From: Abyssibacter profundi
GTDB taxonomy: Bacteria; Pseudomonadota; Gammaproteobacteria; Nevskiales; OUC007
Reading direction: 5' to 3'
Assembly: GCF_003151135.1 (NCBI RefSeq)
Contig: NZ_QEQK01000005.1
Coordinates: 321,955-385,954 of the forward strand
DNA length: 64,000 nucleotides
Part shown: positions 47,945 through 57,212 of the stretch, piece after piece
Numbering within the stretch: the first letter of the stretch is position 1
How the letters are laid out: each line of letters begins with the position of its first letter
Notes under the pieces: model-generated
Database searches by the model: none
The model's input: the letters and a program-made list of their open reading frames with translations, nothing else
What the model was told of the DNA's origin: nothing
Position numbers and translations under genes: made by a program

Positions 47945-48847
47945 TCAGGGCGCGCTCGCGTGTTGTGGGTGCTGGCGGCTGCGCAGAAACGCTTCCAGCC
48001 CCGCCAGGTCGTCGGTGTTGAGATGGTGCACGCCGGCGTCGGCCAGCCGGGTCCAGACCGCGGTGCGAGCTTCGCCTGGTGAGTCTGGTGTGGCCCAGAA
48101 GCGAATGCGATAGCCCAGTGAATGCGCCTGCTGCATGATGCCGTCGAGTCGCTGCGATTCCTCGGCGGGCATGGCGCCATCTCCGGTCCAGCTGAAGTGG
48201 TTGGTCCAGTTGTCCGAGATCAGCGGGAACAGCTCCACCGGTGGTGCGTCATCCAGATCGGCAAGGCGGCCGTCGATGAAGGCAAGGCGGCGACCCGCCG
48301 CGGCAAGCGTGTCGATCGGGCGGTTGCCGGAAATGACCACGGTCACGGCACCGGGGGTTACCAGACCATTCTCGTAGCGAGACAACATGTCGGCGTAGGG
48401 CTCTAGCTCTGCTTCCAGCGCGGCCCAGGTCGATTCGGCTTCGGTCTTGAAATCGATGAGTAGCTGGAAGGGCTGCTGTTGGTTGGGCTGGATCACCGCC
48501 TGGTCCAGGTACAGCGCGTAGAGCGGGTCCAGATACAAGCTGGCCAGTGTCCTGCTGGGGTCGATATCCTGCGGATCGTGCGCCACGTAGAGATCATCAC
48601 CCAGCCCCGGTCGGGCAATGGGTGACACGTAAACATCGGCCTCCGCGCTCATAAACCCATGTTCGAGGGCGTCGAATAGCGGACGGTCATGCTCGTAGTC
48701 GTTATGGGCATGTGCCTGATCTAGCGGCTGCCATCCGGTGTCAACGGGCGGCGTGGTGGGGGCCACATCGTCGGTCACGGGGAGCGGGCTGCTGCCGCAG
48801 GCAGCGAGTAGGAGCGACAGGGCGGTCAACGCAGTCGAACGGAGCAT
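47945..48847 (-). CDS. PLC-like phosphodiesterase (Ca-dependent PI-PLC/GDPD-like TIM-barrel) lipoprotein
   Basis: Lipobox LLLAACGSS. The HAHNDYEH motif resembles the catalytic His pair of PI-PLC-like phosphodiesterases. The family is tentative. Confidence 0.5.
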   Translation of the reverse strand: MLRSTALTALSLLLAACGSSPLPVTDDVAPTTPPVDTGWQPLDQAHAHNDYEHDRPLFDALEHGFMSAEADVYVSPIARPGLGDDLYVAHDPQDIDPSRTLASLYLDPLYALYLDQAVIQPNQQQPFQLLIDFKTEAESTWAALEAELEPYADMLSRYENGLVTPGAVTVVISGNRPIDTLAAAGRRLAFIDGRLADLDDAPPVELFPLISDNWTNHFSWTGDGAMPAEESQRLDGIMQQAHSLGYRIRFWATPDSPGEARTAVWTRLADAGVHHLNTDDLAGLEAFLRSRQHPQHASAP

Positions 48848-48930
48848 GCGCGGGCGGGGCGGTTTGGGTGGACGAGCAGGCTAGGGCGCGGAGATTGCGC
48901 CGCGATGGCAGCGGGTCCGGACCGCGGCGG

Positions 48931-49929
48931 TTACACCCGGAAATCCAGCTGTTGCACGGTGCCGGCCTGCCCGTTGTCACCAACCCAGACGCCTGTTCGC
49001 CGTAACTGGCCCGCAAGCTCGCGGGCCTCATCGGTGAGCTGGAACAGCGTCGCTGCCGAATCGGTGGACAAGGCCCCCACCACGCTGTTCTTCAGCGCCT
49101 GGATATCGTCTTCGCCCGGACGCCAGAGTCCGAGCTGGTCGAAGGCTGCGTCGCCGGCATCCACGAAACCGTTGCCGTCGTCGTCAAGCTTGCGCAGATC
49201 GCCGTAGGCGTCGCCGCTGAGCGCACCCAACACCTCTCGGCCATCGTCGATCCGTCCGTTGCCATTGCGATCGATCACCACCAGCGCATGCCCACCGGCC
49301 AGGCCAGGGATGTGGTCGAGCACCCCGTCGGCATCCAGGTCAAACTCGAATCGATCCTGCGTCAGCTCCGCAGCACGGCCATTGAAGTTAATGACCAGCG
49401 GGTCCTTGAGCTGCGGCGCACCGCCCACGGTTAGCTCCAGGCTGCTGCGCTCCACCACCGATCGCTGCATGGCCAGATTGATCTGCACGCTGATCTGCTG
49501 CCCGTCCTCGGTCTGGATGACCCCCTGGGCCGCGAAGGTCACCTGTTCGTGTTCGCGGTATTCCTGCACCGCGCGCAGGGTGACGCTGTCGCGCTCGATG
49601 TCGGTGTCGGGTGCCGATGCGGATGCCTCGGACGTCGTGTCCAGTGAGGCGTCGTCAAACAACTCGAACATCCGGCCGAGCAGCGATTCGACCAGGTCCT
49701 TCATCAGTCGCAGCTGGGGCGGGATGCTGTCGCCGTCTGAGACGGCTGTGGGGTCTGCTGACGGACTGCCCAGGCTATCGGTTGCGGCGCTCGCCGCGGC
49801 CTCTGCAGTGGGCCTCGCTGCCGGTGTTGCAGCCCGGGCGGGGCCCCGCTCCAACTCCACAACCGTGCGTTGGCTGCTGCTGTGCTGATGGCTGGATGCG
49901 AGCTGAAGATTTGATTGCTTGACGATCAT
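48931..49929 (-). CDS. Hypothetical protein with EF-hand-like/dockerin-like Ca-binding loops
   Basis: Repeated DxDGDG-type loops DLDADGVLD, DRNGNGRIDD and DDDGNGFVD. No signal peptide from ATG 49929. Confidence 0.5.
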   Translation of the reverse strand: MIVKQSNLQLASSHQHSSSQRTVVELERGPARAATPAARPTAEAAASAATDSLGSPSADPTAVSDGDSIPPQLRLMKDLVESLLGRMFELFDDASLDTTSEASASAPDTDIERDSVTLRAVQEYREHEQVTFAAQGVIQTEDGQQISVQINLAMQRSVVERSSLELTVGGAPQLKDPLVINFNGRAAELTQDRFEFDLDADGVLDHIPGLAGGHALVVIDRNGNGRIDDGREVLGALSGDAYGDLRKLDDDGNGFVDAGDAAFDQLGLWRPGEDDIQALKNSVVGALSTDSAATLFQLTDEARELAGQLRRTGVWVGDNGQAGTVQQLDFRV

Positions 49930-49986
49930 GCTGGACGCCTTGGCGGATGGACCCTGCAACGGGCATCGGCCGGTGCGGCCAAGACT

Positions 49987-50412
49987 TTAGGCGTCTGATT
50001 CAGCGGCGGCTGTCCGCGAGCGCTGGCCACGGGTGGCCAGGTTCATCAGCCGACGGAAGCTGGGGCACTCCAGATGCGAGGGCGCCGGACATCGCGCGGC
50101 ATGGCGCAGGCCATCACGCAGCGCACCGAGGCGCCGGATTTGATGATCGATGGCATCCGCGCGGGCCTGCAGGCGGTCGCGGTCGATGCGTGGCTCACCA
50201 TCCGGCGCGAACATCCGGCCGATCTCGTCCAGCGAAAAACCAGCGACCTTGCCCAACGCGATCAGTGCGAGCTGATCCAGCACGGATGGATCGTATTGTC
50301 GGCGCAGCCCCCGGCGACCGACCGAGGCGATCAAACCGCGCTGCTCGTAGTAACGCAAGGTGGCCGGGGCCAGCCCGCTTTGAGATGCCACCGCACCGAT
50401 ATCCAGATCCAC
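49987..50412 (-). CDS. MerR family transcriptional regulator
   Basis: N-terminal HTH DIGAVASQSGLAPATLRYYEQRGLI. GTG start immediately next to the dyad operator. Divergent from the methyltransferase. Confidence 0.75.
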   Translation of the reverse strand: MDLDIGAVASQSGLAPATLRYYEQRGLIASVGRRGLRRQYDPSVLDQLALIALGKVAGFSLDEIGRMFAPDGEPRIDRDRLQARADAIDHQIRRLGALRDGLRHAARCPAPSHLECPSFRRLMNLATRGQRSRTAAAESDA

Positions 50413-50416
50413 TGGG

Positions 50417-50440
50417 CTTGACCTCAAGTTGACTTTAAGT
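50417..50440. promoter_or_regulatory. MerR-type operator: dyad CTTGA-CC-TCAAG plus ACTT-T-AAGT, overlapping TTGACC/TTGACT -35-like hexamers
   Basis: Read directly in the 66-bp divergent intergenic region. Confidence 0.55.
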
Positions 50441-50478
50441 GGCACTCTGCCGGCTGACCTTCGGTGAGACAAGTCGAC

Positions 50479-51318
50479 ATGACGCAGACCAACGGGCAGG
50501 ACGCTCAAACTCAAGTATGGAATGGGGCGGCAGGCGAGGCCTGGGTCAGCTTGCAGACCCACCTCGACCAGCTTTTTGCCGGCTTCGAAACACGACTGGC
50601 AGAAGCCGTGGCGCCGCAGGCCGCCCAACAGGTGCTCGACGTGGGCTGCGGCACCGGGGCGACCGTGCTGGCCACAGCGCGGCGGCTGGGCGCTGACGGT
50701 CATTGCCTGGGGGTGGACTTGTCTCGGGCCATGATCGAGCGGGCACGGCAGCGGGCGGCCTCGGCGGAGCTGCCTGCTTCATTCGAGATCGCCGATGCGC
50801 AGGCGATGCCCCATCGGGCGCAGCGCTTCGACCGCATTCAGTCCCGATTTGGCGTGATGTTCTTTGCCTACCCCGTGGCGGGGTTTGCCCGCCTGCGGAA
50901 GCTGGCGCGACCCGGCGGTGAGTTGCATGCCATGACCTGGCGCGAGCGGGCGGACAATCCCTTCATGACACTGGCCAATCAGGTGGCCGCGCCCCTGGTC
51001 CCCGAGCTGCCCGTGCCGCAACCGGGAGCGCCGGGACAGTTCGCGCTGGCCGACCCAGTGCTGATCCGCAATGTGCTGGCCGGGGCCGGCTGGCAGCAGG
51101 TGTCGGTGGAGCGGCTTGACCAGCGCTGCACGATGCCGGCTTTCGCGCTAGAGACTTATGTCACCCGTATGGGGGCGTTGGGTCGCGTCTGGAACGGGCT
51201 GGATGTCGCACGCCAGCAGCGCCTGCGCCAGCGCTTGCTGGAGGCCTTTGAGCGTTTCGTCAGCGGCGGTCAGGTGCAGTTCACGGCTGCATGCTGGGAG
51301 ATCAAGGCGCAGGCCTGA
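50479..51318 (+). CDS. Class I SAM-dependent methyltransferase
   Basis: Motif I VLDVGCGTGATVL. Post-I acidic residue. 280 aa. Confidence 0.8.
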   Translation: MTQTNGQDAQTQVWNGAAGEAWVSLQTHLDQLFAGFETRLAEAVAPQAAQQVLDVGCGTGATVLATARRLGADGHCLGVDLSRAMIERARQRAASAELPASFEIADAQAMPHRAQRFDRIQSRFGVMFFAYPVAGFARLRKLARPGGELHAMTWRERADNPFMTLANQVAAPLVPELPVPQPGAPGQFALADPVLIRNVLAGAGWQQVSVERLDQRCTMPAFALETYVTRMGALGRVWNGLDVARQQRLRQRLLEAFERFVSGGQVQFTAACWEIKAQA

Positions 51319-51415
51319 TTCGGGCGCCGCAGATCAGCTCGTTGAGCCTGAACAGCGACGATTGTCATCATCCGTCAAGATTCACTGAATACAATGTCGG
51401 GCTGAACTACCCGAG

Positions 51416-52828
51416 ATGTCACCTGCTATGAACCCGATATTGGAAAACGCGCTGGAGCGCGGCCTGGATCGACGGCGTTTTCTCCAGAACATGCTGTTCT
51501 GCGCCGGCAGTGTACCGGCGGCCTCCTGGCTGACCGCCTGCGGCACCTCCAGTCCGGCTCGCGGGGTCTCAGGGGTCATGGATCCCGAATTCCGCAGCCA
51601 GTTTGCCGACATCGGTCCTCTGCAGGCGGCGAATGCCGATGGCATTCAGTTGCCGGAGGGGTTTAGCTCGCGCGTGGTCGCCGTGAACCGGCAGCCGCCG
51701 ATTGCCTCGAATCCCGGCTACCTGTGGCACACCGACCCGGATGGCGGTGCCTGCTTCCGCACTGACGACGGTGGCTGGATCTACGTGAGCAACGCCGAGG
51801 TTCGTGATGCCTCGGTGGCTTTGTCCCGTGAAGCGGCCGAGTTGCTGGGTGGCTTTCGCGGCGGCGTCGGAGCCTTGCGGTTTGATGCCGACGGCAATCT
51901 CGTCGATGCCTACGCCATTCAAACCGGGACGACAACCAACTGCTCCGGCGGCGCCACCCCCTGGGGGACCTGGATCAACGGCGAGGAGATCCGCGACGGC
52001 TTCATGTTCGAGTGCAGTCCGCTGCGGGACGGCGGCGAGGCCGTGCGTCTGGACCGTTTCGGTCGCAAGGCGCATGAAATGGTGGCCGTGGACGCCGACG
52101 GCCGTGCGATCTACCACACGGAAGATGTGACGGGCGACGACCGCTTTTATCGGACCATCTTCTCCGAGGCCGCTTGGCCCAATGGCAGCCGGCCCGACAT
52201 GGACCAGGGCATTCTCCAGGTTCTGCAGGTTCCGGCCGGACTGGAGGCCGCGCGAGCAGGCCCCACCCCGGTGAACTGGCTAAATGCCGTCGACGATGGC
52301 ACGCCGCAGCCGGAGGTTTACCTGGAAGAGAGCACCATCTTCGCTGGCAACGAGGGCGTGTACTACCTCAATGGTTTCGTGTTCTTCACGACCAAGAGCG
52401 ACGACAACATCTGGGCCTTGGATCTCAGCGCCGGGACCATCGAGAGCATTTACAACCCGGCCGATGGCGTCATCGGCTCGCCCGTGGACGAAAGCGAACC
52501 GGCGCTGGCTGGGGTCGACAACATCACCATGACGCTCGATGGGGAAATGCTGGTGGTCGAAGATGGCGGCGACATGCGTTGCATGGTGCTGTTGCCCGAT
52601 CGCACGACCATTCCGCTGCTGCGCCTGCCCGGTAGCCCCGATGTCACCGAGGTGACGGGCGTGGCCATCGCGCCCACGGGCGATCGGCTGTACGTCTCCA
52701 GCCAACGAGCCGGGTTGCAAGGGACACCGGCCGCGTTCGGCCTGGGCGGCGTGACCTACGAGATTACCCTGCCGTTTCGTGTGCGGGTCAACCTGCCGCT
52801 GGCGCAACCGATGCCGAGCGCCGGTTAG
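51416..52828 (+). CDS. Tat-secreted PhoX-like/DUF839 (COG3211) beta-propeller protein, paralog 1
   Basis: RRRFLQ Tat motif. NCSGGATPWGTWI and FRTDDGGWIYVSNAE blocks shared with the paralog at 58823. Confidence 0.5.
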   Translation: MSPAMNPILENALERGLDRRRFLQNMLFCAGSVPAASWLTACGTSSPARGVSGVMDPEFRSQFADIGPLQAANADGIQLPEGFSSRVVAVNRQPPIASNPGYLWHTDPDGGACFRTDDGGWIYVSNAEVRDASVALSREAAELLGGFRGGVGALRFDADGNLVDAYAIQTGTTTNCSGGATPWGTWINGEEIRDGFMFECSPLRDGGEAVRLDRFGRKAHEMVAVDADGRAIYHTEDVTGDDRFYRTIFSEAAWPNGSRPDMDQGILQVLQVPAGLEAARAGPTPVNWLNAVDDGTPQPEVYLEESTIFAGNEGVYYLNGFVFFTTKSDDNIWALDLSAGTIESIYNPADGVIGSPVDESEPALAGVDNITMTLDGEMLVVEDGGDMRCMVLLPDRTTIPLLRLPGSPDVTEVTGVAIAPTGDRLYVSSQRAGLQGTPAAFGLGGVTYEITLPFRVRVNLPLAQPMPSAG

Positions 52829-52878
52829 CCGCGCGGGGGTCGTCTTGGCTGCCGGACCGTGTCCGGCAGCCGTTCCGC

Positions 52879-53184
52879 TTAGCCCTCTAGCAGTTGCTGC
52901 AAAGCGGCGACATGCGCCTTCAGCGCCGCGCGGCCCTGGTCGGTCAACGCATACCAGCTGACCGGCTTGCGATCTTCAAACTGCTTATCGACGGCGACGT
53001 AGCCGGCGTCTTCAAGCTTGCGCAGCTGCGCGCCAAGATTGCCGTCCGTGGTGTCCAAGACCTGCTTAAAGCGGGCAAAGTTGATGCGTTCATGCTGTCG
53101 CAGCAGCACGGCGATGGCTAATCGCATGCGATGCTCAAACAGCTTGTCCAATGCCTCCAGGGGCAGGCTCGCGTCACTGCTCAT
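52879..53184 (-). CDS. Winged-helix transcriptional regulator (HTH_34-like)
   Basis: LFEHRMRLAIAVLL...GNLGAQLRKLEDAGYV pattern. 4-nt overlap with the upstream membrane protein gene. Confidence 0.6.
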   Translation of the reverse strand: MSSDASLPLEALDKLFEHRMRLAIAVLLRQHERINFARFKQVLDTTDGNLGAQLRKLEDAGYVAVDKQFEDRKPVSWYALTDQGRAALKAHVAALQQLLEG

Positions 53185-53729
53185 GCGGCGGCGCGACGCC
53201 CCGAGATCACGAGGCTGATGGCAATCAGCACGGCCGTGACCGTCCAGGCATAGGGCAGCAAAGCCAGTTTGATCACCAGATAGCCGACCCCCAGCAACAC
53301 CGCGGGTAGTGCCAGGCCACGGTCCAGATGCAGCGCGGCCAGACCGTAGGCCAGCGTGGCGACCAGCAGCATGCCCTGGCCAAACTCGGCCCCGGTCATG
53401 CCGCCTGCCCCTGGGATGCCCGCCAGCACAAAGCCCGCACCGCATATCAGCCAGTGATAGCCGTAGCGTGCCGCCTGGCTACGGTCATCCACGCCGCTGC
53501 GGCGGGCGGCGCGTGCCCCCAGGTACCAGCTGAGCAGGCCACCTCCCGGACCGGTGATGGCCCAGAACAGGCCGGCATGCTGAGGTGCGAAGTCGGGTAG
53601 GGAGAAGCCGATACCGATGAGCAGGGCCCACAGGTAATAAATGGCAGGTACGCCGCGTTCGATGGATTCGCCGCGAACCACATTGGCGACGTAGTTCAGG
53701 TCATCTTGCAATCCGGAATTCTGAGTCAT
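53181..53729 (-). CDS. Hypothetical 5-6 TM membrane protein
   Basis: Hydrophobic pattern. Co-transcribed with the wHTH regulator. Confidence 0.5.
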   Translation of the reverse strand: MTQNSGLQDDLNYVANVVRGESIERGVPAIYYLWALLIGIGFSLPDFAPQHAGLFWAITGPGGGLLSWYLGARAARRSGVDDRSQAARYGYHWLICGAGFVLAGIPGAGGMTGAEFGQGMLLVATLAYGLAALHLDRGLALPAVLLGVGYLVIKLALLPYAWTVTAVLIAISLVISGRRAAA

Positions 53730-53854
53730 GGATCTTCCTCTGGTTGGCAGTCAACTCTAAAAATCAGAGTATCAGGTTGGTGTTCTGCGTGGTGCGCTTG
53801 TGGAGTGCTCTAAAGCTTAGAGTATTAAGGGCGACGCGTCAACCTTGGGACGGT

Positions 53855-55108
53855 CTACTTGGATTGTGGGCCGTTCGGATTGACCTGATCGAGGTCAAAG
53901 TCCAGCCGATTGGTGTGGAACATCGGTTCTTCTGGCGCGATTTCGCTTCCCAGCGTTTGGATCACCGACCAATCAATGCCTGGGTCATCATGGCGGTCGC
54001 GGTACAGCGCCGCGGCCAGCTCGACAAAGGCATCGCGTTGGCCGGCGAGGGCGTAGTTGCGAAGCAGGCGCAGCAGGTACGAGGCCCGCGTCTCTCCCTG
54101 TTCGATAGAGGTGCGCAGAATGCGTGCGGCTTCTTCATGCTCGCCGTAGACCTCGTGTAGATGCGCTTCGTCTTCGACTTGCAGGGTGTCCAGCGCCCAG
54201 TTGCCGGGATTTGCAGCATCCGTGTCAGGGGTGCTCCCGCCGTCGGCTTGGTCCCGGGCCGACGCTCCAGCAGATGACCCTGAGGTCGGCGCTGCGGGCT
54301 CCGGCAGGATGACAGTGGCTTCGGTGAGTCGTGGCGTGGAGGGGAGAATCACCGTACGGGTGGGCGTTTCTGCCTCCGGTGGCGGCACCTGCACGGTTTG
54401 AGCGCCATACCGCCTGTACAGCAGCCAGCCCAGCCCCAATCCCGCGATCACCAGGCCCGCCAGTTGCCAGTGTCTCCAGGGGCGTGGCGCGGAGGCGGCC
54501 TGGGTGGGCTGCGGTGTCGCAGCGGACCCAGGCCCGAGGGGTGCTGCAGCGGCAGCAGACGCGTTGGGGGCCGGTTGTGCCGTGTCCGTTGGCTCGGTGC
54601 TCTGGGCTGCCGCTGCCTGCCGCGCCCGGAGTCGCTCCAGCGAGGTCATCGCGGATGCTTCGGGGAGGGGCGCCGGTGTGGCGGCAGTCTGTGTTGCCTC
54701 GGTAGACGGCGATTGCGGCTTCGGCGAGAACCGCAGGTCAGACATTCGGCTCTCACGCTGCGCATCCGTCCAGACATCGACCCGCAGGGCCAGGGCCCGC
54801 AGGCGCAGCGCGGTGGGCGTTGTCAGCTCCAGCAAGATGTCCGCGCCGCGACGGCGGGCTGAGAGCGTGGCAATTGCTTCCAGTTCCGGGTGGTCGGGGA
54901 ACCAGACCGCTGCCTCTAGCGCGCCCTGGCGATCTTGCTCGGTGAGCTGGATGGGGACCACAAGATGCAGCGGTTCGTCGAAACGACTGTCCAGTTCCGG
55001 TGCCCCAATGTGCAGTCCCCACAGCGGTGGGCTACATAGCAGCAGTACCAGCACCCAGGCCAGGGAGCGGCGGTGAACCAGATGGATGATCGGTGAACCG
55101 GATCGCAT
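53855..55108 (-). CDS. Hypothetical bitopic membrane protein with a Pro/Ala/Thr-rich linker and a FimV/HubP-like C-terminal helical motif
   Basis: Signal/TM at the N-terminus. Low-complexity PAPNASAAAAAPLGPGSAATPQPT linker. TM WQLAGLVIAGLGLGWLLY. C-terminal EAARILRTSIEQGETRASYLLRLL resembling the FimV C-terminal motif. Confidence 0.4.
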   Translation of the reverse strand: MRSGSPIIHLVHRRSLAWVLVLLLCSPPLWGLHIGAPELDSRFDEPLHLVVPIQLTEQDRQGALEAAVWFPDHPELEAIATLSARRRGADILLELTTPTALRLRALALRVDVWTDAQRESRMSDLRFSPKPQSPSTEATQTAATPAPLPEASAMTSLERLRARQAAAAQSTEPTDTAQPAPNASAAAAAPLGPGSAATPQPTQAASAPRPWRHWQLAGLVIAGLGLGWLLYRRYGAQTVQVPPPEAETPTRTVILPSTPRLTEATVILPEPAAPTSGSSAGASARDQADGGSTPDTDAANPGNWALDTLQVEDEAHLHEVYGEHEEAARILRTSIEQGETRASYLLRLLRNYALAGQRDAFVELAAALYRDRHDDPGIDWSVIQTLGSEIAPEEPMFHTNRLDFDLDQVNPNGPQSK

Positions 55109-55403
55109 ACCTCGAGGCACCTCTGCCCGTACTCTAAACCTTGCTGCCCTGCCGACAGCATGGCTCGGGAGTATAAGCCCCGCTGCCACCCGATCTCGGT
55201 GCTACAAGCAGATCAATTCGATCAGTTCTTACTGTTTGGCGGCGCGACGCTGCCCGCAGTGCATGTGGAGCCGCCATCGGGCCGAGCGGCTTTGAGTGAT
55301 GTGTGCAGGTGGATTGACCGATCGGTCAAGCTGGCGCACTGTCCTGTCCAGGGAAGTCCGCGCAGTGGGATGACGCGGCCCCATTGGTGCAGGGAGTATT
55401 GCA

Positions 55404-55886
55404 ATGGAAGCGTTGACTCGTCGCATGATCGGCCATGGTGCCGTCGTCATGTTGTTCGCACTGGCCGCCGGGTTCGGGCTCGCCATGAGCCTGATCGGTG
55501 GCTTTGAAGTTCTACCCGGTTGGATTATCGGGTTTACATTGCCCGGCGACGCTGAGGCCTGGGCACGGACGCACGTGGGCGGGTTGCTTAACGGTTTGCT
55601 GGTGATGGTGGGTGCGCTGGTCATCGCCCACCTGCGTCCGCCCGCGCGCACGGCGCGGAATCTGGGCTGGATGTTGGTGGGCACGGGCTACGGGAATACG
55701 GTGTTCTACTGGTTCGGAATGATTGCGGCGAATCGCGCCCTGACATTCGGCGATAACCGGTTCGGCCCCTCCGATTGGGCCGGGGTGCTGGGGCTGATTC
55801 CCGCCTTGGTCTTTGCATTCGTCAGCATGGTGGCGATGGTCATGATCATTCGCCACGCCTGGTCAGCCGGTGAGTCAACTGCGTGA
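55404..55886 (+). CDS. Hypothetical 4-TM membrane protein
   Basis: Hydrophobic pattern. ATGA-type overlap with the downstream flavoprotein gene. Confidence 0.5.
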   Translation: MEALTRRMIGHGAVVMLFALAAGFGLAMSLIGGFEVLPGWIIGFTLPGDAEAWARTHVGGLLNGLLVMVGALVIAHLRPPARTARNLGWMLVGTGYGNTVFYWFGMIAANRALTFGDNRFGPSDWAGVLGLIPALVFAFVSMVAMVMIIRHAWSAGESTA

Positions 55887-57211
55887 AGCGCATCGAGACT
55901 GACTACCTCATCATCGGCGCCGGGGCCATGAGCCTGGCCTTCGCCGACGAGCTGCATCGCAGCCAGCCGAATGCCCGCATGGTGATTGTTGAGCGGCGCT
56001 GTGCGCCGGGTGGGCACTGGGTGGACGCTTATCCGTTTGTTCGCCTGCACCAGCCCGCGCTGGCGTATGGCGTCAACTCGGCTGCCCTGGGCCGGGGCGG
56101 GGACGATTTGTCATCGCGGTCCGAGATCCTGGCTTACTACGAACGGGCGTTACGCCGTCTGACCGATAGCGGGCGCGTGACCGCGTTCTTTCGCAGTGAA
56201 GTGGACGAGGCTGGCCAAATCGTGTCGTTGTTGGACACGCGTGATCCGGTGTCGGTGACGGTCAAAAAGCGCGTTGTGGACGGCGGCTACATGCATGTCG
56301 AGGTTCCCGCCACGCACCCGCCGCGCTTCGAGATGGCGCCGGGCGTACGCGTACTTCCGCCCAATGCGCTGGTCGATGGCGGCAATGGCATTTCACCATT
56401 TGTCATCGTGGGCGCCGGAAAGACCGGAATCGACGCCGTGTTGTACCTGCTGGGCCACGGCGTGGCGGCCGACCGCATCCACTGGATCCTGTCCAATGAC
56501 ACGTGGCTGTGGAATCGCGCGCATGTGCAGCTGCCGGGTGTCGGGGACGAACTGCTGAGTTTTGTGCAGGCCATCGCCCAGGCCAGTGATCTGGACGATG
56601 TGTTTACCCGGCTGGAGGCGCGGGGCAGTTTGCTGCGCCTATCCGAGACGGTGACGCCTAGTCGCTGGCGCTGCGCTACGGTCTCCCGTGAGGAACTGAC
56701 GGCTCTGCAGACCATCCGCCAGGTGATCAGGCTCGGGCGGGTGCAGAAGATCGAGCCGGGCCAGATCGTTCTGGACGAGGGCACGGTCACCGTCCCCACC
56801 GACGCGCAGTTCATCAATTGCACGGCCAACGGCCTGCGGGCTCGCCCAGCACGGCCCGTATTCACACCGGAGCGAATCACGCTGCAGCCGCTGTTCATGT
56901 GCCAACAAGTCCTCAGCGCCGCGGTCATCGCGCACATGGAGGCCCAGGGCATGGACGATGCCAGCGCCAACGCCCTTTGGGAGGTCGTCCCCCATCCAGA
57001 TCATGCCAGCGACCTGCCCGACCGGATGGTGACCACCATGCGTAACCTGCTGCGTGCCCAGCCCCGCATGGGCTGGTGGTTGCGCCGGTCGCGGTTGAAC
57101 ATCCTGTCGCACCTCAGCTGGCCGCGTTATCTGAGCGCGGCCCTCAAGGCGCGGCGCTGGCTGCCGCGTGCCGAGGCCAATCTAGGCCGTCTGCGTCCCA
57201 GGGGCGGTTGA
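55883..57211 (+). CDS. FAD/NAD(P)-binding oxidoreductase (flavin monooxygenase-like)
   Basis: Two Rossmann GxGxxG motifs: YLIIGAGAMSLAF and FVIVGAGKTGIDAV. Confidence 0.7.
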   Translation: MKRIETDYLIIGAGAMSLAFADELHRSQPNARMVIVERRCAPGGHWVDAYPFVRLHQPALAYGVNSAALGRGGDDLSSRSEILAYYERALRRLTDSGRVTAFFRSEVDEAGQIVSLLDTRDPVSVTVKKRVVDGGYMHVEVPATHPPRFEMAPGVRVLPPNALVDGGNGISPFVIVGAGKTGIDAVLYLLGHGVAADRIHWILSNDTWLWNRAHVQLPGVGDELLSFVQAIAQASDLDDVFTRLEARGSLLRLSETVTPSRWRCATVSREELTALQTIRQVIRLGRVQKIEPGQIVLDEGTVTVPTDAQFINCTANGLRARPARPVFTPERITLQPLFMCQQVLSAAVIAHMEAQGMDDASANALWEVVPHPDHASDLPDRMVTTMRNLLRAQPRMGWWLRRSRLNILSHLSWPRYLSAALKARRWLPRAEANLGRLRPRGG

Positions 57212-57212
57212 A

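Noticed and set aside
49987-50703. 238-aa version of the MerR ORF.
   Set aside because: MerR regulators are ~130-150 aa and begin with the HTH. The extension runs through the operator and promoter and into the methyltransferase gene on the opposite strand.
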